Source: an uncultured Phycisphaerales bacterium (GTDB lineage Bacteria > Planctomycetota > Phycisphaerae > Phycisphaerales > SM1A02). Taken from it: a stretch of 64,000 nucleotides of DNA. Numbering within the stretch: the stretch's first letter is position 1; each line of letters opens with the position of its first letter. A program made the position numbers and the translations under genes. The notes beneath the pieces were generated by a model. It did no database searches. It had not been told where the DNA came from and saw only the letters and a list, made by a program, of their open reading frames with translations. This document shows, piece after piece, positions 1 through 11,703 of the stretch. The DNA lies in NCBI GenBank assembly GCA_938084645.1, contig CALKEP010000033.1, positions 56,515 through 120,514 on the forward strand, given 5' to 3'.

Positions 1-382
1 AGGCGATCGAGGCGGCGGCGTTGATGCCGCGCTGGACCGCGACCGCGTTCGCGCCGGATGCGACGGTGCGGAGGCCACGACTGTAGATCGCCGAGGCGAG
101 CACGGTGGCGGCGGTGGTGCCGTCACCCGCGACGTCGGCGGTCTTCTTCGCGACCTGCTGGACCATCTTCGCGCCCATGTTCTCGAACGGGCCGGGGAGA
201 TCGATCTCCTTGGCGACGCTGACGCCGTCCTTGGTGACCGAGGGGCCGCCGTAGGACTTCTCCATCACCACGTTGTGGCCGCTGGGGCCCATGGTGACGG
301 CGACCGCGGACGCGAGCTTGTCCACGCCCTTCTTGAACTCCGCCTGGGCGGAGATGTCGAACTTCATCTGCTTGGTGGTCAT
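1..382 (-). CDS. groEL: chaperonin GroEL, 5' part (runs off the window start)
   Basis: Not in the ORF track. Manual translation from ATG at 382 gives MTTKQMKFD...[35 protein letters not shown]...[12 protein letters not shown], a Cpn60 N-terminus. Confidence 0.95.
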   Translation of the reverse strand, partial: MTTKQMKFDISAQAEFKKGVDKLASAVAVTMGPSGHNVVMEKSYGGPSVTKDGVSVAKEIDLPGPFENMGAKMVQQVAKKTADVAGDGTTAATVLASAIYSRGLRTVASGANAVAVQRGINAAASIA

Positions 383-464
383 CGGGGTGCTTCCCGTGGA
401 GTCATTGTTGAGGTGTGGAGGTGGCTTCGGGGATCGCCGCCGCTCGGGCGGGCGCGATCGTCCC

Positions 465-755
465 TCAGCCCTCGATCACACCGAGGAGTTCGCTTTCGCG
501 GACGATGAGATGGGTGATGTTCTTGATCTCGACCTCGGTGCCGGAGTACTTGCCGTAGACGACGGTGTCGCCCTTCTTGACGCCGGGCTTCACGCGCTCG
601 CCGTTGTCGAGGAGCTTGCCGGGCCCGAGGGACACGACCTTGCCCTGCATGGGCTTCTCCTTGGCGCTCTCCGGGAGGAAGATCCCGGACTTGGTCTTGG
701 TCTCGGCTTCGAGCGGCTTGATGAGGATTCGATCCTCGAGGGGGCGGACTGCCAT
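465..755 (-). CDS. groES: co-chaperonin GroES
   Basis: 96 aa, [13 protein letters not shown]...[14 protein letters not shown]...[17 protein letters not shown]...ESELLGVI, a Cpn10 signature. Confidence 0.98.
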   Translation of the reverse strand: MAVRPLEDRILIKPLEAETKTKSGIFLPESAKEKPMQGKVVSLGPGKLLDNGERVKPGVKKGDTVVYGKYSGTEVEIKNITHLIVRESELLGVIEG

Positions 756-838
756 GGTGTGTTCTCCAGTTCGATCGTCGCGTCGGAACGCGGATGTGTC
801 TTGTTCGAAAGTCGTACGTGTGATGCGGGGCGACCGGC

Positions 839-2665
<1,827 letters not shown>

Positions 2666-2937
2666 TCATCGGGGGCCCGGACGTCAGATCGCCGGGCGAA
2701 CCGAGGGAAGAACAAGAACCGCGCCAAAACGCGGGGGCGGATGTCTGGTCGCAGGACTTGATGGCTGGATCTCACCGAGCATGCCAGCCGTGGGGCATCA
2801 GGCCGGTTCTACCGCCCTCGCGGGGTTTCAAAGGGGAATCCCGGGGCAGGGATGCGGGGTCGGGAACGACGCGGCCCCGCCGGCACCTCCCCGGAGCGGG
2901 CTCGCCACGCGACACGGAATGATCGGTCGGCGATGGC

Positions 2938-2956
2938 GGCTGCCATGCTGGCAGCC
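2938..2956. promoter_or_regulatory. perfect inverted repeat GGCTGCCA-N3-TGGCAGCC upstream of the chaperonin operon (operator or hairpin)
   Basis: 8-bp arms with a 3-nt spacer seen directly. No U-tract follows. Function is unknown. Confidence 0.35.
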
Positions 2957-2962
2957 GACTCG

Positions 2963-3808
2963 TCAATCCCGGTTCGGTCGCATCGGACTGGATACCAGAT
3001 CCTGATACCGGTGCTTCTCTCGGAGCAGGGGAAGCGTCGCCCAGAACGCATTGGCGACCAGGTAGAACGTGCCGATGAGCACGAGCGTCGACGCCGTGAG
3101 GCCGAGGATCCTGACGGTCTCGAAATCACCGATCACGGCGGCGACCAACTCGACGCCGACCGCGAGCAGGAGCGGCGTTCGCGTCTGGATCGCGGTTCCG
3201 GCCTGGCGGTAGGCCAGGGCTCTCCGGCCCGCCCGGTCGAGCACGTCGCAGAGCCCGAGGACGATGCCGATCATCGCGGCCGATCGTGTGACGGGCACCG
3301 CCCAATCGGAGGCGAACGGTCCGAGACTGGTCACCAGGATCGCGACGACCCCGCCGGAGATCAGGGCCAGGAGGGCGGTGGGCGACGTCATGCCGGGCCA
3401 TGAATACCGGGCTCGTATCGTCAGGGTCACCGCCACCACGACCATGACGGCGCCGATCATGCCGATGATCCACGACGTGTCCCGAGGCAGCGGATCGGTG
3501 ATTCCGAACGCGGCGGTCGTGGTCGACCACCAGGCGGCCGTGGATCCCAACGCCCAGATCAGGGCGGCGATGGCCAGCGTGCCCACGGCGGTGGAGACCA
3601 ATCTTGGACTCGCGAGCGCCGATCCATCGATGGTTTCGAGGTCGATCGAGGCATGGAGGGATGCTTCGACCGGAAGCCCGCATTCCGGGCACCGATCGGT
3701 GATCGCCCGGCCGATCAGCGTGTATCGACAGTCACGGCAGGGGAGCTCCGCCACGATTCGCCCACCCTCGGCATCGGATTGTGCACCAGAATCGTCGAGA
3801 TCCGCCAT
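2963..3808 (-). CDS. membrane protein with N-terminal zinc-ribbon-like Cys motif
   Basis: LPCRDCRYTLIG...RCPECGLPV followed by about six hydrophobic segments. Start chosen at ATG 3808, preceded by GGAGG and an upstream TTGACA at 3860-3865 (minus strand). Confidence 0.75.
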   Translation of the reverse strand: MADLDDSGAQSDAEGGRIVAELPCRDCRYTLIGRAITDRCPECGLPVEASLHASIDLETIDGSALASPRLVSTAVGTLAIAALIWALGSTAAWWSTTTAAFGITDPLPRDTSWIIGMIGAVMVVVAVTLTIRARYSWPGMTSPTALLALISGGVVAILVTSLGPFASDWAVPVTRSAAMIGIVLGLCDVLDRAGRRALAYRQAGTAIQTRTPLLLAVGVELVAAVIGDFETVRILGLTASTLVLIGTFYLVANAFWATLPLLREKHRYQDLVSSPMRPNRD

Positions 3809-3938
3809 TCGGCCTCCCGGGGCGGAACCCCGCCACAGGGTCGATTCTCGATCGGTCCTTGTCAACAGAATTCGAGACCCGGGTGGAAGCCTCGATCGGG
3901 GATCTTCTTCGGCGCTCGACTCGTATACTCGACGATCC

Positions 3939-4868
3939 ATGCAGGACTCCCTGAACAAGTTGCGTGAGTCGATCGCCTCCGTCTACATGGGCAACGCCCG
4001 AGTGGTGGACCGGCTCGTGGCCTGCCTGCTCGCCCGTGGCCACGTCCTCGTCGAGGACGTGCCCGGGGTCGGCAAGACGGTGCTGGCGAACGCGCTGGCC
4101 CGATCGATCCACGCGGACTTCACCCGGATCCAGTGCACGCCGGATCTGCTTCCCACCGACATCACCGGAGCGGCGGTGCTGAATCGCCAACGCGACGACT
4201 TCGAGTTCCGCAAGGGGCCGATCTTCGCCAACATCGTCCTGGCGGACGAGGTCAATCGGACCACGCCTCGCACCCAGTCGGCGATGCTCGAGGCGATGAG
4301 CGAAGGCCAGGTCTCGGCGGAAGGCGCGATGCACCCGCTGCCGGAGCCGTTCATGGTGATCGCGACCCAGAACCCCTACGAGTTCGAGGGAACCTACTTC
4401 CTGCCCGAGAACCAGCTCGACCGCTTCCTGATGCGGATCAATCTCGGGTATCCCGCGCCGGACGACGAGGTTCGGATCCTCGACGTGCAACCGGCCCGGA
4501 CCACGCTGAAATCGCTGGATCCGGTGCTCACCCGGGAGGACGTCCTCGCCCTGCAGGCCACCACCGACGCGGTCCGGCTCGATCGAAGTCTCGCCGACTA
4601 CATCATCGCGCTCGCGACCGCGACCCGTGAAGACGGTGACCTCCGCGTCGGCCTGAGCCCGCGAGGTTCGCTCGCGATCGCGCAGGCGGCCCGCGCCACC
4701 GCGGTGCTCGCCGGTCGCGACCACTGCATCCCCGAGGACGTGGTCGAGAACGTGCTTCCGGTCTGCGCCCATCGCGTGGTCAGCAAGACCGCGATGCACG
4801 AAGGCGACACCATCACCGCCCGCCGCATCATGCAGCGGATTCTCGAAACCGTTCCGAGTCCGGTGTGA
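3939..4868 (+). CDS. MoxR-family AAA+ ATPase
   Basis: [14 protein letters not shown] (Walker A), [42 protein letters not shown]. Start trimmed to ATG 3939. Confidence 0.95.
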   Translation: MQDSLNKLRESIASVYMGNARVVDRLVACLLARGHVLVEDVPGVGKTVLANALARSIHADFTRIQCTPDLLPTDITGAAVLNRQRDDFEFRKGPIFANIVLADEVNRTTPRTQSAMLEAMSEGQVSAEGAMHPLPEPFMVIATQNPYEFEGTYFLPENQLDRFLMRINLGYPAPDDEVRILDVQPARTTLKSLDPVLTREDVLALQATTDAVRLDRSLADYIIALATATREDGDLRVGLSPRGSLAIAQAARATAVLAGRDHCIPEDVVENVLPVCAHRVVSKTAMHEGDTITARRIMQRILETVPSPV

Positions 4869-4875
4869 GCTGGCG

Positions 4876-5547
4876 ATGAAGGCGGTCGTCCTACTTTCCG
4901 GCGGTCTCGATTCCGCCACCGTCCTGGCCTGGGCGAAGGCCGAAGGTCGTGAATGCTTCGCGCTCTCGTTCGACTACGGCCAGCGGCATCGGATCGAACT
5001 GGAACGGGCCGCGGAGCTCGCTGATCGGCTCGGCGCTCGCGAACACCGGGTGCTCTCGATCGATCTGCGGGCGTTCGGCGGGTCCGCGCTCACCGACGAC
5101 ATCGCGGTGCCGAAGGATCGGGTCGACGGTCACGGCCGGACCGCCGGCGAGCCCGCCGAGGCGTCGATCCCCATCACCTACGTGCCCGCCCGGAACACGA
5201 TCTTCCTCAGTTTCGCGATGGCCTACGCGGAGGTCCGGGCCGCGGAGGAGATCTGGCTCGGGATCAACGCGATCGACTACTCGGGATATCCGGATTGCCG
5301 GCCCGAGTACCTCGCCGCGTTCCAGCGAATGTCCGATCTCGCGACCAAGGCCGGCGTGGAAGGGCACGGACCGCGGTTCGTCTCGCCGCTGGCGGAGCTC
5401 GGCAAGGTCGACATCGTCCGAAAGGCGAACGCGCTCGGCGTGCCGATCGATCGGACGTTGAGCTGTTACGACCCCGATGACGACGGGACGCCTTGCGGAA
5501 GGTGCGACTCCTGCATTCTCCGGCAAGCGGCGATCGCCGAAGCCTGA
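4876..5547 (+). CDS. queC: 7-cyano-7-deazaguanine synthase
   Basis: [45 protein letters not shown]...[10 protein letters not shown]. Confidence 0.97.
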   Translation: MKAVVLLSGGLDSATVLAWAKAEGRECFALSFDYGQRHRIELERAAELADRLGAREHRVLSIDLRAFGGSALTDDIAVPKDRVDGHGRTAGEPAEASIPITYVPARNTIFLSFAMAYAEVRAAEEIWLGINAIDYSGYPDCRPEYLAAFQRMSDLATKAGVEGHGPRFVSPLAELGKVDIVRKANALGVPIDRTLSCYDPDDDGTPCGRCDSCILRQAAIAEA

Positions 5548-5576
5548 CCGGCCGTCGCGTCGCCCGATGGAATCGC

Positions 5577-5611
5577 ATCGCCCCGCGGAAGCGATGCTTC
5601 CGCGGGGCGAT
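5577..5611. terminator. GC-rich hairpin between convergent genes
   Basis: atcgccccgcggaagc-gat-gcttccgcggggcgat, a perfect 16-bp stem between the queC stop and the stop of the opposing gene. No U-tract. Confidence 0.6.
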
Positions 5612-5647
5612 CTCCTACTGGTTCGATTCGGGGACGTCGCCCGCGAA

Positions 5648-7237
5648 TCAGGGGCAGTCCGCCGGACGGAAGTCGGGAAGCGGCCACGCGCAACCGCCCC
5701 AGTTCGAGAGGAGCTGTCCGAGATCACCGGAATCGATGGTCGGTGATTGACGATCGAGATTGAAGCACTGCCCATCGGCCGATGGAACGCCGCCGTAGTC
5801 CCAGTGGAGAAGCAGTTCGGCGAGGTCGCTGCCGTCGACCATGCCGTCCCGATTGAAATCGCCGGGGCAGGTATCGCACCACGGCACCTCGCCCGCCGCG
5901 GGTTCGTTCAGGTACTGATGCGGTTCGATGTAGGTGATGAGGAACATCGGGTGATGCGTGGCGTGGATCATCTCGCTCGCCGCCCCGAAGCTTCCGCTCA
6001 GATCACCCGGCACGAAGTCCTTCGCCTCCGGGTCGAACTCGTTCCAGTTGAGCGTGAGGCCGAGGCCGCTGAATGGGAATCCCACCACGTAGTCGAGGTC
6101 CTGCCAGTCGCGGGGGGCCGAGTCCCAGCTGTTCGACTTCCACTTCACGAGCCAGTCCTCGAAACCCTGCGTTCCCCGATACTCGGTCGGCGGGTTGTTT
6201 CGACCGTTGTCGGTGTAGCCGACGAAGTCCGCGGTGGCGGTGATGTAGGCGTCGTAGAGCGGTTCGTCGGCGGTCGGTGCCCGGTAGCTTCCGACCCCCT
6301 TCTCGACGGACCAGATCGGACGTCCGTTCTGCGTGGGGAGTCGCTCGGTCGTCCGGCGCATCGACGGATTGAAGGACGGCCTGACGAACGCGTCGCGATC
6401 GGCCACGAACACGTAGAGCTGCTGCTTCCACCATCGAGCGCTCGCCGGCTGATCCGCGCCGATGCCCGGGCGGTACTCCCACGGGTCGCTGAACGGGACG
6501 GATCCGTCGTCCCCCGGAAACATGTAGGGCATGCCGACGCCCGACACCGCGATCGACGGCGCGAGCACGCAGGGCATGGCGTTCGGCGCGGGGTCTTCCG
6601 GATCGGAGCAGCCGCCAAGTCCCAGTACCTCCCGGACGTAGTGGAGCGTGGTACCGGGGGCGTACACGACGCCGCCGTCCTCCTGTTCGGCGATGTGGGC
6701 CGTCATCCAGTTGTTGTACGTCTTGTCATGCGTGTTGACTTCGTAGGGTCGGAACACCGCCTCCCCGTTCGAATCCAGGTCGAGAATCGGCAGGTAGGCG
6801 TCGCGCACGGATCGGAACCCGCCGCCGGCGAAGGTCGACGGCTTGTTCACATTGAGACTGATCACGATCACCGGATTGTCGATCGTGTACGGCACGGGGG
6901 GATCGTCCGGGTGGTACTGGACGTTGATGGTGAGCGGTTGATCGGATTCCGGGAACGAGACCAGCTTCTCCCAGACCAGGTCAGGCTGCTCGGTGGTCAC
7001 GCTCGCGGGCGCGCCGATGGGAGCGTTGTCCGGGCCGAGGAGGAGCGTCGACCTGTTGTACTGCTTGACCCAGTCCGCCAGCGGATAGAAACCGGTCGGC
7101 GGGAACGAGACCGGATTGAAGATGTCGAGTGGATTGCACGGCTCGTCGCCGGCGGCGCAAGGTGCGGCCGCGAGCGATGTCAGCATCAAGCCTCCGGCCA
7201 GAAGCACAGCCGCCGATGGGTTGCGGAATTGACGCAT
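5648..7237 (-). CDS. secreted protein of unknown function with C-terminal dockerin-like repeats
   Basis: N-terminal signal peptide, AGGAG Shine-Dalgarno, C-terminal CPGDFNRDGMVDGSDLAELLLHW...DSGDLGQLLSNWGGC. Confidence 0.8.
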   Translation of the reverse strand: MRQFRNPSAAVLLAGGLMLTSLAAAPCAAGDEPCNPLDIFNPVSFPPTGFYPLADWVKQYNRSTLLLGPDNAPIGAPASVTTEQPDLVWEKLVSFPESDQPLTINVQYHPDDPPVPYTIDNPVIVISLNVNKPSTFAGGGFRSVRDAYLPILDLDSNGEAVFRPYEVNTHDKTYNNWMTAHIAEQEDGGVVYAPGTTLHYVREVLGLGGCSDPEDPAPNAMPCVLAPSIAVSGVGMPYMFPGDDGSVPFSDPWEYRPGIGADQPASARWWKQQLYVFVADRDAFVRPSFNPSMRRTTERLPTQNGRPIWSVEKGVGSYRAPTADEPLYDAYITATADFVGYTDNGRNNPPTEYRGTQGFEDWLVKWKSNSWDSAPRDWQDLDYVVGFPFSGLGLTLNWNEFDPEAKDFVPGDLSGSFGAASEMIHATHHPMFLITYIEPHQYLNEPAAGEVPWCDTCPGDFNRDGMVDGSDLAELLLHWDYGGVPSADGQCFNLDRQSPTIDSGDLGQLLSNWGGCAWPLPDFRPADCP

Positions 7238-7434
7238 GGGGTTCTTTCTCCTTGGAGACGAATTATCGTTGGCGTCGACGGATCCGGCGATCCGGAATGG
7301 GGATCACCCGGGCGATCCCGAGAAACCGCCGGACCCCGCTCCCGCCCATGGTACCGGGCCGAGGCGCTGGAACAAGATGAATCGAGGCGCCACGGCCATC
7401 CGGCCGCGTCACCGCGTCATACCTTCGTCCTTGC

Positions 7435-9990
7435 TCAGATATCGAGGTTCTTCACCTCGAGGGCGTGTGCCTCGATGTAGTTCCGGCGCGCCTCGACGTT
7501 CTCGCCCATCAGGGTCGCGAAGAGGGCATCGGCTTCGCTCGCGGCGTCCCAACTGACCCGCAGGAGGGTCCGCTTCTCGGGATCCATCGTGGTCTCCCAG
7601 AGTTGTTCGGCTTCCATCTCACCGAGACCCTTGAACCGCTTCACTTCGCTGCCCCTGCGGCCGACCTCCTGCATGGTCGAGGTGATCGCGGGGATGTTCA
7701 CCGCTTCGACGATCTCCTCGGGCGGATCCTTCTTCGGGGTCGCGACCAGCCAGCCGTAGCGGGTGGGCAGTCGCTCACCGGTGACCGCTTCCTCCTGGAC
7801 GAGTGCCCAGTCGTCGATCGAGACGCCGGTCTCGGCGAGCTCCACGATGATCCGGTCGATCTCCCGGTTCTCGTGGAGTTCCCAGACGGTGGCGACCCGG
7901 GTGGGATCGGGACCGGGGACGGCCTCGGGATCGATCGACGTATCGAGGATCAGATCGTTCGCCCCGATCGCCTCCATCGCCTCGGCCTCGCTCCAGCAGA
8001 GCCGCTCTCCGGACTGCCACCGAAGATGGAAGTGGGGAAGCCGGTCCTCGCCCTGGGGATCGCGGTGCCGGGCGTCGAGCAGGTCCGTGAAGAGGAGGCC
8101 TCGGCGCTGGGACACGGTGACGAGTTCGTCGAGTCGTTCGAGTCGGCGGAGAAGCCGTCTGGCGTCGTCGCCCTCCACGCGGGATCGAATTTCGCCGTCG
8201 TCCTCGCGGACGACGAAGACCGCGTGCTCGAGGGACTGGTCGATGAGCACCTCGTTCATGCGTCGATCGTTCAGCACGTACGAGGCCTTCTTGCCCCGAA
8301 GCAGCTGGTAGAGCGGAGGCTGCGCGATGTACACGTGGCCCCGCCGAACCAGTTCCGACATCTGCCGGAAGAAGAACGTCAGCAGGAGCGTGCGGATGTG
8401 CGAGCCGTCCACGTCGGCGTCCGTCATGATGATGATGCGGCCGTATCGAAGCTTGCTGACGTCGAAATCCTCGCCGATGCCGCACTGCAGCGCCTGGATC
8501 AGCGTGCGGATCTCCTCGAATCCGAGGACCTTGTCGAGCCTCGCCTTCTCGACGTTGAGCAGTTTGCCGCGAAGCGGAAGAATGGCCTGCGTGACGTGGT
8601 TTCGTCCGCCCTTCGCGCTTCCGCCCGCCGAATCACCTTCGACGAGGAAGATCTCGGTCTCCTCGACCTTGTTGCTCGAACAGTCCGCGAGCTTGTGCGG
8701 CATGCCGCCCGAATCGAGTGCGCCCTTCCGCTTGATCAGTTCGCGCGCCTTTCGGGCGGCTTCCCGCGCCTGGGCGGCGAGGACCGCCTTCTGGGCGATC
8801 TGCTTCGCTTCCTGGGGGTGTTCGTCGAGCCAGGCGCCGAGTCCATCGGAGACCAGCTTGCTGACGAAGCTCTCCGCCTCCTGGTTGAGCAGCTTTTCCT
8901 TGGTCTGGTTGTTGAACTGCGGATCGGCGATCTTCACGCTCACGATCGCGGTCAGGCCTTCGCGGAGGTCGTCGCCGCTCGGCGTGACGTCCTTGAGCAG
9001 GTTGTTCTTCTTCGAGTAGCCGTTGATGGTCCGGGTGAGGGCGGTCTTGAAGCCCTGGACGTGGGTTCCGCCGTCCGGATTGAAGATGTTGTTGCCGAAG
9101 GCGAGCAGGTTCTCGCTCGTCGAGTCGGTGTACTGCATCGCGATCTCGGCGCGGATCTGCAATTCCTCGTCGCCGGCTTCGAAGTGGATGATGGGGCTGT
9201 CGGCCTTCTTCGCCGAGTTGAGATGCGCGACGTACGCGAGCAGGCCCTTCTCGTCGTGATAGGTCTCCTCGCGGATTCGTCCGGACGCGTCGACCCGCTC
9301 GTCGATCAGCCGGATCACGACCCCCGAGTTCAGAAAGGCCAGCTCGCGGAGTCGATGCTGAAGGGTCTCGAACCGGAATTCGGTCTCGGGGAAGATCGTC
9401 GAGTCGGGTTTGAAGGAGATCCGGGTGCCGTTGCGGCCTTCGGGGATGTCGATGACGCCGGACTGGTCGAGGTCCACGAGCGGTTTGGAGACCTCGCCGC
9501 GGGAGAATTCGATCGCCTTGACGCCGCCGTCCTTGACCACTTCGACGCGGGTCCACTCCGAAAGGGCGTTGACGCACTTCACGCCCACGCCGTGGAGCCC
9601 GCCGGAGACCTTGTAGGCGTTGTCGCCGAACTTCCCGCCCGCGTGGAGCTGGGTGAGGATCACCTCGACCGCGGGTCGGCCGTCGATCGTCGGGTTCTCG
9701 TGCTTCATCGGGCCGGTCGGCATGCCACGGCCGTCGTCGGTCACGACGCAGGACCCGTCGATGCCCAGTCGCACCGTCACGCGGGTCGCGAAGCCGGCCA
9801 TGGCCTCGTCGATCGCGTTGTCCACGCACTCGTAGACGAGGTGGTGGAGGGCGTTGAGTCCCGTGCCGCCCACGTACATGCCCGGTCGCTTCCGAACCGC
9901 CTCGAGACCCTCGAGGACCTGGATGGAATCGCTGGTGTAGTCGCCACCCTGGCCGGTGGAGGCGTCGACGGGTTCGGTTGGATCGGTCAT
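7435..9990 (-). CDS. gyrB: DNA gyrase subunit B (long form with TOPRIM-region insertion)
   Basis: IQVLEGLEAVRKRPGMY, LHAGGKF, SGGLHGVG, LVEGDSAGGSAK, IMTDADVDGSHI, RFKGLGEM...LWETTMDP, C-terminal NLDI. Confidence 0.98.
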   Translation of the reverse strand: MTDPTEPVDASTGQGGDYTSDSIQVLEGLEAVRKRPGMYVGGTGLNALHHLVYECVDNAIDEAMAGFATRVTVRLGIDGSCVVTDDGRGMPTGPMKHENPTIDGRPAVEVILTQLHAGGKFGDNAYKVSGGLHGVGVKCVNALSEWTRVEVVKDGGVKAIEFSRGEVSKPLVDLDQSGVIDIPEGRNGTRISFKPDSTIFPETEFRFETLQHRLRELAFLNSGVVIRLIDERVDASGRIREETYHDEKGLLAYVAHLNSAKKADSPIIHFEAGDEELQIRAEIAMQYTDSTSENLLAFGNNIFNPDGGTHVQGFKTALTRTINGYSKKNNLLKDVTPSGDDLREGLTAIVSVKIADPQFNNQTKEKLLNQEAESFVSKLVSDGLGAWLDEHPQEAKQIAQKAVLAAQAREAARKARELIKRKGALDSGGMPHKLADCSSNKVEETEIFLVEGDSAGGSAKGGRNHVTQAILPLRGKLLNVEKARLDKVLGFEEIRTLIQALQCGIGEDFDVSKLRYGRIIIMTDADVDGSHIRTLLLTFFFRQMSELVRRGHVYIAQPPLYQLLRGKKASYVLNDRRMNEVLIDQSLEHAVFVVREDDGEIRSRVEGDDARRLLRRLERLDELVTVSQRRGLLFTDLLDARHRDPQGEDRLPHFHLRWQSGERLCWSEAEAMEAIGANDLILDTSIDPEAVPGPDPTRVATVWELHENREIDRIIVELAETGVSIDDWALVQEEAVTGERLPTRYGWLVATPKKDPPEEIVEAVNIPAITSTMQEVGRRGSEVKRFKGLGEMEAEQLWETTMDPEKRTLLRVSWDAASEADALFATLMGENVEARRNYIEAHALEVKNLDI

Positions 9991-10230
9991 GGCCGGGGCT
10001 CAGCGGGTGGGGTGCGGTTCGGGCGCGACATCTCGGGAGGGGCCCGGCTCGGATCAGCCGGACAGGGTTCGCGAGGTGACGCGAAGGCGTCGAAAGATCG
10101 GCCGTTCCGGGCCTGATCGATCGCGTCCCGAAGCATCAACTTCGGGACACCGAATTCTACCGGAAAACCGCCGCGAAAGTGGTGTTTCGGAGGGCTCGAA
10201 ACGACTTCCCCTGCTCCCTGCGGGCCAACT

Positions 10231-11376
10231 TCAGGCCACGTGGCGACGAGGCTCGGCGAGCCCTTCGGGCAGGGTCCCGATTGGAGGCAGCGGACGTCCG
10301 TCCTGGTGCGTGGCGTGGATCCCGGCGTCGGTCGCCAGATCGATTTCCGCCCCCGTTCGCCCCGGTCGGATTTCGCGTACCAGCGGGCCGAGCGGGTGAA
10401 GCTCGTTGGGGACGAGTACGACTGCTTCCCGGCCGTTCGAGAGTCGGACCGAGGTCCCGGGGGGGAGGGCGGGGACGGCGATCGGGAGCGCCGCCAGCAC
10501 GGTGGGGTCGAACCATCCGCGTCGAACGGGGTCGGTCATCCAGGCGAGGGACTCGATCCGGGTCTCCTCGGGATGGAGTGACCGGCGGCGGTCGAAATGG
10601 TCGGCGACCGCGACGATCCGACTGAACACATGGAGATCGGCGGGAGGCGACGTCCGACGACCCGCGGACGCCGGGAATCCGGTTCCGTCGAAGCGTCGAT
10701 GGTGCTGCATCGCGGCGGCAACGACCGCGGCCGGGACCGATCGGGTGAGGATCCTCCGGGCGTCCAGGCAGTGTGCGGCTTCGGTCGTCGGATCGGGTGT
10801 CTCGAGGTTCTCGTCGCAGGGAACGCGAATCCGCCCGATGTCGTGCAGGAGTCCACTCAGTGCCAGGGGCGCGAGATCGGTGGCTCGTATCCGGGAGAGG
10901 CGAGGGCGTTCGGAGGCCACGTGGTTCCGAAGCAGGAGCCCGAGCAGGAGTGACAGGTGGCAGACCGAGACGGCGTGCCGGGTCGCCTCGTCGTCGCCTC
11001 CGACGACCTCGGTCACGAGCCGGGCGGTGCGGCTCGAGTCCTGGGCGGTTGCGACGAGTTCGTTCACCGCGGTCCTCATCGCATCGACGGCCACCGCGGG
11101 ATTCCGCGTCGCGGCGATGTCGCGAATCGACGCACCGGCTCGATCCGCGAGATCGTCCCGGCTGGTCTCGAGCGCCACCGGGAGAAACTCCTCGACGCCC
11201 TCCGTGCCGGCGCGTTCGATCCACGCCTGTCGGACGCCCATCCTCGCAAGCCGTTCGAGGGTGCCGAGGTCGAGCACCGTTCCGGCGGCCAGCAGCATGC
11301 CTCGTCGGCCCTTTCGGCGGACCGGGTGGGCGAGCGTTTCTCCGACGGTGAGATCCCGGATCATCTTCAGCAGCAC
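10231..11376 (-). CDS. HD-GYP-like domain protein (cyclic dinucleotide phosphodiesterase family, variant motifs)
   Basis: GLLHDIG, QHHRRFDGTGFP, RIVAVADHFD, PPGTSVRLSNG. Start placed at GTG 11376 (uncertain). Confidence 0.8.
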   Translation of the reverse strand: MLLKMIRDLTVGETLAHPVRRKGRRGMLLAAGTVLDLGTLERLARMGVRQAWIERAGTEGVEEFLPVALETSRDDLADRAGASIRDIAATRNPAVAVDAMRTAVNELVATAQDSSRTARLVTEVVGGDDEATRHAVSVCHLSLLLGLLLRNHVASERPRLSRIRATDLAPLALSGLLHDIGRIRVPCDENLETPDPTTEAAHCLDARRILTRSVPAAVVAAAMQHHRRFDGTGFPASAGRRTSPPADLHVFSRIVAVADHFDRRRSLHPEETRIESLAWMTDPVRRGWFDPTVLAALPIAVPALPPGTSVRLSNGREAVVLVPNELHPLGPLVREIRPGRTGAEIDLATDAGIHATHQDGRPLPPIGTLPEGLAEPRRHVA

Positions 11377-11703
11377 GTGTCGTCCCCCTTGCAGCCTGCG
11401 TCGCTCAGGCCGACTCATCCGCGGCCTGCGTGGAGATCGACGATCGATCGTCGCGGGTGGCCGGTGATCCGGAGGACGGGTGGGAACGGGGATCGCCCAC
11501 CCGGCACAACCCGCCCGATCCGCGGATTCCACGACAGGAGGCGGTCCTATACTGAAGCGGGTCGACCCTGACAGTCGATCAAAACGTGTCGGATCGTTCG
11601 GATGGCACGAACCGTGGCCCTTCGACCGTCGTTTCGAAGACTCTCGCGGTCGCCGAAGCGTTCGTGCTCCATCCGGCCCGGATCATGGAAAGGTGCGTGG
11701 CTG

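Noticed and set aside
4876..5547. queC as part of a 7-deazaguanine DNA-modification or QatABCD-type defence system
   Set aside because: It is a canonical-length QueC with no dpd, TatD, KAP-ATPase or nuclease genes alongside. Ordinary queuosine synthesis is the simpler reading.
7660..8260. Extra segment in GyrB as an intein
   Set aside because: No Cys/Ser start, His-Asn end or LAGLIDADG motif. The position matches the known insertion of long-form GyrB proteins.
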